Source: Octopus sinensis
Lineage: Eukaryota
NCBI RefSeq assembly: GCF_006345805.1
Contig: NW_021826483.1
Coordinates: forward strand, 1 to 12,888
DNA length: 12,888 nucleotides
Reading direction: 5' to 3'
Made by a program: the position numbers and the translations under genes. Numbering within the stretch: position 1 is the stretch's first letter; each line of letters starts with the position of its first letter. The notes below the pieces were generated by a model. That model was not told the origin of the DNA and searched no databases. It saw nothing but the letters and a program-made list of their open reading frames with translations. Below, one piece after another: positions 8,919-12,888 of the stretch.

Positions 8919-9760
8919 ATTCTCAAGCCCCGAAAGACTCAATACGTTTCCTTTTCAAATGGTGTAAGTTTTTTCGGGATTAAAACACTGACTTCTTACA
9001 TTTGAAAATTGTCTTTCCAGGATTCCTGATCTCGACACATTACTCGTCTTGTAAACTTTGTATCTCACAATTATTCGAATTTATTGCAGATTTCGAGTTA
9101 CGCGGGTGTGATAAGTTGTCAAAAAAGCGTAGGTCTTTACGAGACATTAACCTATAACTCGCACGCAAAAGCCAACTTAATCCCCGGATCAATTCCTTCA
9201 AGCCTTCAAAATCCTGTTCAGTGACATCTTAAAGATGTGCACACAAGCTAATTACCAGGGGTATCCACGGGTGTAGAGACCCGATACTAATCTATGTATG
9301 CTGTAGTTTCTGTCTATAATTAAAACTACAGATCTTAGCGTATTGCTTTTCTCGGGTGCCTATAATGATGTAAAGACAGACCCGATCCTGAATAAAGAAT
9401 GCAAATTCAAGGCAGTGTCGCCTGACCTTTATAAGAAAAACTCGATAGTGATTGCTTTTATTTTTGGAATAATGATCAGTGGAAAACTTAACCTACTCGA
9501 AAAACTGTAGTATCACAAACCAGAATATTGGATACATCTTTAATGAATGTTAACGTTTATTAACTATATATCATCGTAAATACAATTACAGTTACAAAGG
9601 AGGGGCACTGAAGACGAAGTTATTTCGACACCTGTTTTATAGAAGCGCTATGTTGTTGGATGTATAGAAACGACAGTGGAATATATCTAGCAAGAAATAT
9701 CAGGTGTTGCAAGTGTGAAAGAAAGGCTATTTTCTCAAGTGTACGAACTAAATTATATAA
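8919..9760 (+). pseudogene. gag: Gypsy gag remnant
   Basis: Frameshifted peptides ILKP/ERLNTFP, KH*LLTFENCL, VNFVSH, ITRTQKPT*SPDQFLQAFKIL|NKECKFKAVSPDLYKKNSIVIAFIFG..LLE, and a degenerate zinc-knuckle region YLARNIRCCKCERK/KGYF (9684-9735). These match my recollection of invertebrate Gypsy gag. Confidence 0.8.
9219..9384. mobile_element. ~166-bp hAT-like MITE nested in gag
   Basis: Flanked by atcctgtt (9211-9218) and atcctgaa (9385-9392). Removing 174 bp rejoins FKIL to NKECKF in frame. Homologous, inverted, to 12311-12480. Confidence 0.7.
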
Positions 9761-9845
9761 TATATCTACTGGACTGGTAATGAACCAATCTGTAATGCAT
9801 TAACTTATTCAGCCTTTTTAGCTTTATTGGAATATTCCTTTGACT

Positions 9846-10130
9846 TGTGCAGTCGTTATTATTATAATTAACAACCAGCCGACGCATGCATTAGTTGACA
9901 GTGGAATCAATATCAACTTTATCTAAAGGGGAATGGTTCAGTCATTAAACCAATCAGAGGCAACGTTATGATGGCGTCAATAGCTTAGTTCTTAGTTCCC
10001 AAATTATGGAAATATAAATAGTTAGCATTCGACATGCTGAAAAGTTGTACAAACAGGAGTCACTGTTAGTTATTCCGAGTCCCTACTCAGGTGGTATATT
10101 TGGATATGTTTCAGCATTCTTTAATGGTAT
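9846..10130 (+). pseudogene. pol: Retropepsin-type aspartic protease remnant
   Basis: CAVVIIIINNQPTHALVDSGININFI*, with DSG at 9897-9905, followed by GNVMMAS. Confidence 0.85.
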
Positions 10131-10219
10131 TTAAGCCTTAAAATCTTTTAGTGTTGTCAAGTTTTGCTTCCCTCAAGATTGCGCGTTACATGTTTTTTTT
10201 ATTAAATCAACTTCAAATT

Positions 10220-10920
10220 AAAATCAATTGCTACTCGTACTCAAATGCATTTCTATGGACGATTTCAAATTCTTAATACAAGAGGTAAAATACTTAATCA
10301 AAGATGGCATCATAGAACCGAATAATTCGCAGCGAAGAACTCATGTTTTGGTAACAGAAAAAAAGTCGCAAATTTCGCTTTGCCATTGATTTCTCAATAT
10401 TCAAATTCATCTTGATACTTTTCCAGTTCCAGTTATCGACAAATTAATGCATGCGACATGGTAGCATTATATTTTAGCAAGGCTGATATGAAATATATCT
10501 GTTATCAACTACATTAAAGATTAACGACCGTTCTTATACTGGTTTTCAGACACTGAAAAAGCTATGTCAGTAGAAAAGACTTTGGTTTAGTTTCACGAAC
10601 GCTGTGGCGTGTTTCCAACGAGGTATGAACCAATTTACCTCGTAAGTAGACATCATTAAATTTGGTAGATAAGGTTATAACAGAAACCTACCGGCATTTC
10701 TGCCATGTGTTAAAGATCTCTAATATAACTCTAATAAAATGTATGTTTTTAGTAAAACGCATATCAATTCTGTCGGGTGTTTATTCCAAGACGAAATTTG
10801 CGTTTTTGCTTTTTGCTACCAAGACCTGAACTCTTCACGGTGAACTATTCACAAAATTGATACTGATGGGTTGTTACCTTTGAAAAGCCCCAAAGTTCCA
10901 CCTTTTAAAAAGGAACATTG
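10220..10920 (+). pseudogene. pol: Gypsy reverse transcriptase remnant
   Basis: DFKFLIQEVKYLIKDGIIEP, KFRFAIDFS, DTFPVPVIDKL, FSKADMK, DRSYTGFQ, FTNAVACFQRGMNQF (TNAVACFQR at 10595-10621). The YxDD motif has decayed to *VDI (10643-10654). Confidence 0.9.
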
Positions 10921-10986
10921 AGTTGTTAGTTAATTAGAGGAAACGAGTGACACATTTTTTTTTTTTTTGATAAACTAAAACCCTAA

Positions 10987-11416
10987 ATGAAATGTAAGAA
11001 TTATTTAGGCCAGCAAAAAGTTGTTACTGTTCCTAAAAAAATCGATTTAGAAAATGCTTGTCGCCACACTATTGATGACAAATCCATTCTTCTATTTACA
11101 GTTGAGGCTCACACGCCAGCTACTGCTCTAACTGCGACGGTATCACAGGAGGACTTCCTATTGTCGTTTTATTTTGTATCCTTTTTGATAGGGAATTGTT
11201 TTAACCTTATACTCAAAAGTAAGCTACTGCAATTACTGAGTGCTTGGGAACTTTTTACCAACATTAAAGACCAAATAATCATGCGATTTACGTTTGATAA
11301 ATCTTGTAACAGCAAAATAAGAAAAAAAACGACAAAATATTAGGCCGTGGGATGGAAATTTTTACATATAGTGTGGAGGCTTTCCAGAAAATGTATGTGC
11401 TGATGTTTTGCTCTGA
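10987..11416 (+). pseudogene. pol: Gypsy RNase H remnant (includes the 118-aa ORF at 10987)
   Basis: KIDLENACRHTIDD..FTVEAHTPATALTATVSQ (cf. FxVETDAS..AIAATLxQ, catalytic D replaced by H), QK*ATAITE, KDQ..FTFDK..KI, NDKIL, PENVCADVL. Confidence 0.82.
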
Positions 11417-11640
11417 ATGAGTTCTTATGCTCGGCTATACTACGAATTTCTTCGATGTATTCACGACGAGGTGGGTACGGATGTGGAAAGCTTGTTGCAT
11501 TATGTAAGGGAAAAATTGTTCCGTTTTCTTCAAAAGGTTTTCGCAGAATTTTGTAAATGCCGTTTGCCAGTTAACGTCCATGAATTTTCGCGTCTCATTT
11601 ACATAGGCCCCGTCCTCATATGAACAACTAAAAGTCTTAA
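11417..11640 (+). pseudogene. pol: Integrase N-terminal zinc-binding region, truncated
   Basis: In frame with ENVCADVLL*. LRCIHDEVGTDVESLLHYVREK...CKC resembles LHxxLCHPGVTRLLHFVRxK...C. The catalytic core is absent before the 3' LTR. Confidence 0.6.
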
Positions 11641-11700
11641 TTTGTGACTTGATCATTGTGTTAAATTGTTTAAACATAAAATCTAGATCCACCTTGGGGT

Positions 11701-11928
11701 TGTTATGCTATTGCTAATGATCTTTTTGAGAATTTTAGATTTATAGTATATGATTTTTAAAAAATAGACGGCGAATGTTGGTGCTCTAGATTTCTTTAAT
11801 AATTAATATATCACGTGATAAGCAAGTGTTTTCCTTTCTTTAAGCCGGGGACTGAACTGTTGCATTATTTATCGAATAGTCTTTGGTATACGGATTTCTG
11901 GTTGATATTTCTTATGAAATAATCAACA
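11701..11928 (+). repeat. Putative 3' LTR preceded by a short G-run (degenerate PPT)
   Basis: ttggggt then TGTTATG at 11701, with a candidate AACA end at 11925-11928. Homologous to 8751-8906. Confidence 0.65.
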
Positions 11929-12310
11929 TGAAAATATATGACATCAATAGTTAGAGGAAAAACATGAAATTATATGACATCAATATTACCTGTTTAAATG
12001 GGGAAGTTTTTTATCCAGTTACTTACATGTTCCAAGATGTGAAAATAAAAACATAATATTATATGCTTATTGATTCCATAACCACATATGAAAGAAATGA
12101 GATATGCATTACTTGTTTACTTAATACTTTCTCGAAATATAAGATACAAAGCATCACATGTGCAAGCCAACAAGAAACCACCTACTTGGTCTTTTGACCT
12201 GCTTCAAATTACACACAATCATATTGATAAACGAGAACACATTAGATAATGGAAACCAAAATACCAAAAAAGAAAAAAATAACAACACGGTAAGGTTTGG
12301 AATGTCTTTG

Positions 12311-12480
12311 CAGGGGCCATCTTAGTAGCATTATCGGTCCCTCGGGAAAATCAGTGTTCTTGGCCCTATAGTAATTAGTTATTGACAATAAGCCACTACA
12401 TATATAGATAGAAACGGGTCCCTTGACCCGTGGGATCCCCGGCTAACTGCCCGGTGTGCCAATGCCTTAAGAAGGCACTG
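12311..12480. mobile_element. Second copy of the hAT-like MITE (inverted relative to 9219-9384)
   Basis: Imperfect TIRs caggggccatcttag / ttaagaaggcactg. 12413-12480 matches the reverse complement of 9219-9285 at 48/67 with one gap, and the upstream part also aligns. No TSD is visible. Confidence 0.7.
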
Positions 12481-12888
12481 TTATTCAATCATTGTAAATG
12501 TGACCGTGTTTGATGAAACATGATCCTGGGTTAAACAACGATATATTACAACATTATTTGAATAATGGCTTGCGAAACCACACCCTAGTTTTGTTATTTG
12601 CAAGATACGTGTTCACTTTAACTAATAAGCATAATCTATACCTTGCGATCTAATAAGGAAGTTTCTGCGTGTTTTTTTAGACCTACTATAAATAGCAGCC
12701 AAGCATTCCTCAATTTACACCCTGTTCTCTTTAAAAAGTAATATACCGGATAATACGTGCTTGGGTGTACAGTATCTAGAAGAAGCAAGGTAGTAACAAT
12801 AGGTACCTTTAATCATACGCCTTACGATTTCCGTATTGACCAATTGGGCTAAGGAACAATGTCTTCAGAAACTCAGAGAAATAAAACA

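Larger units (their letters stand above)
8751..11928 (+). mobile_element. Decayed, internally deleted Ty3/Gypsy LTR retrotransposon
   Basis: Domain order gag-PR-RT-RNaseH-INT is the Ty3/Gypsy order. It is flanked by diverged direct repeats at 8751-~8918 and 11701-~11928. All frames are broken by stops and frameshifts. No TSD was found, so the ends are approximate. Confidence 0.9.

Noticed and set aside
8960-8980. tggtgtaag... as a primer-binding site
   Set aside because: It lies between gag-like peptides ERLNTFP and KH*LLTFEN, i.e. inside gag, and matches no tRNA 3' end I can identify.
11435-11692. 85-aa minus-strand ORF (MDLDFMFKQF...)
   Set aside because: Antisense to the integrase remnant with no recognisable domain; probably a shadow ORF.
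12481-12565. ttattcaa / ttgaataa inverted repeat with inner ttgtaa / ttacaa
   Set aside because: Short AT-rich arms are expected by chance at this composition.

Overview
AT-rich, microsatellite-dense eukaryotic non-coding DNA, most likely an octopus (coleoid cephalopod) intron or intergenic region. The species call is an inference from recalled octopus SINE consensus sequences, not a database hit. No host protein-coding gene is supported, and almost all ORFs in the track are microsatellite or low-complexity artefacts. 1-8500 holds compound microsatellites, four copies of a tRNA-derived CORE-like SINE (family A, one split in two), several decayed copies of a second tRNA-like SINE (family B), a minus-strand hammerhead-ribozyme-like motif at ~3291-3340, and a 91-bp fold-back element. 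8751-~11928 (+) is a heavily decayed, internally deleted Ty3/Gypsy LTR retrotransposon: LTR, gag, protease, RT, RNase H, truncated integrase, LTR. Its gag is interrupted by a ~166-bp hAT-like MITE, and a diverged second copy of that MITE lies inverted at 12311-12480. All alignments and translations were done by eye.
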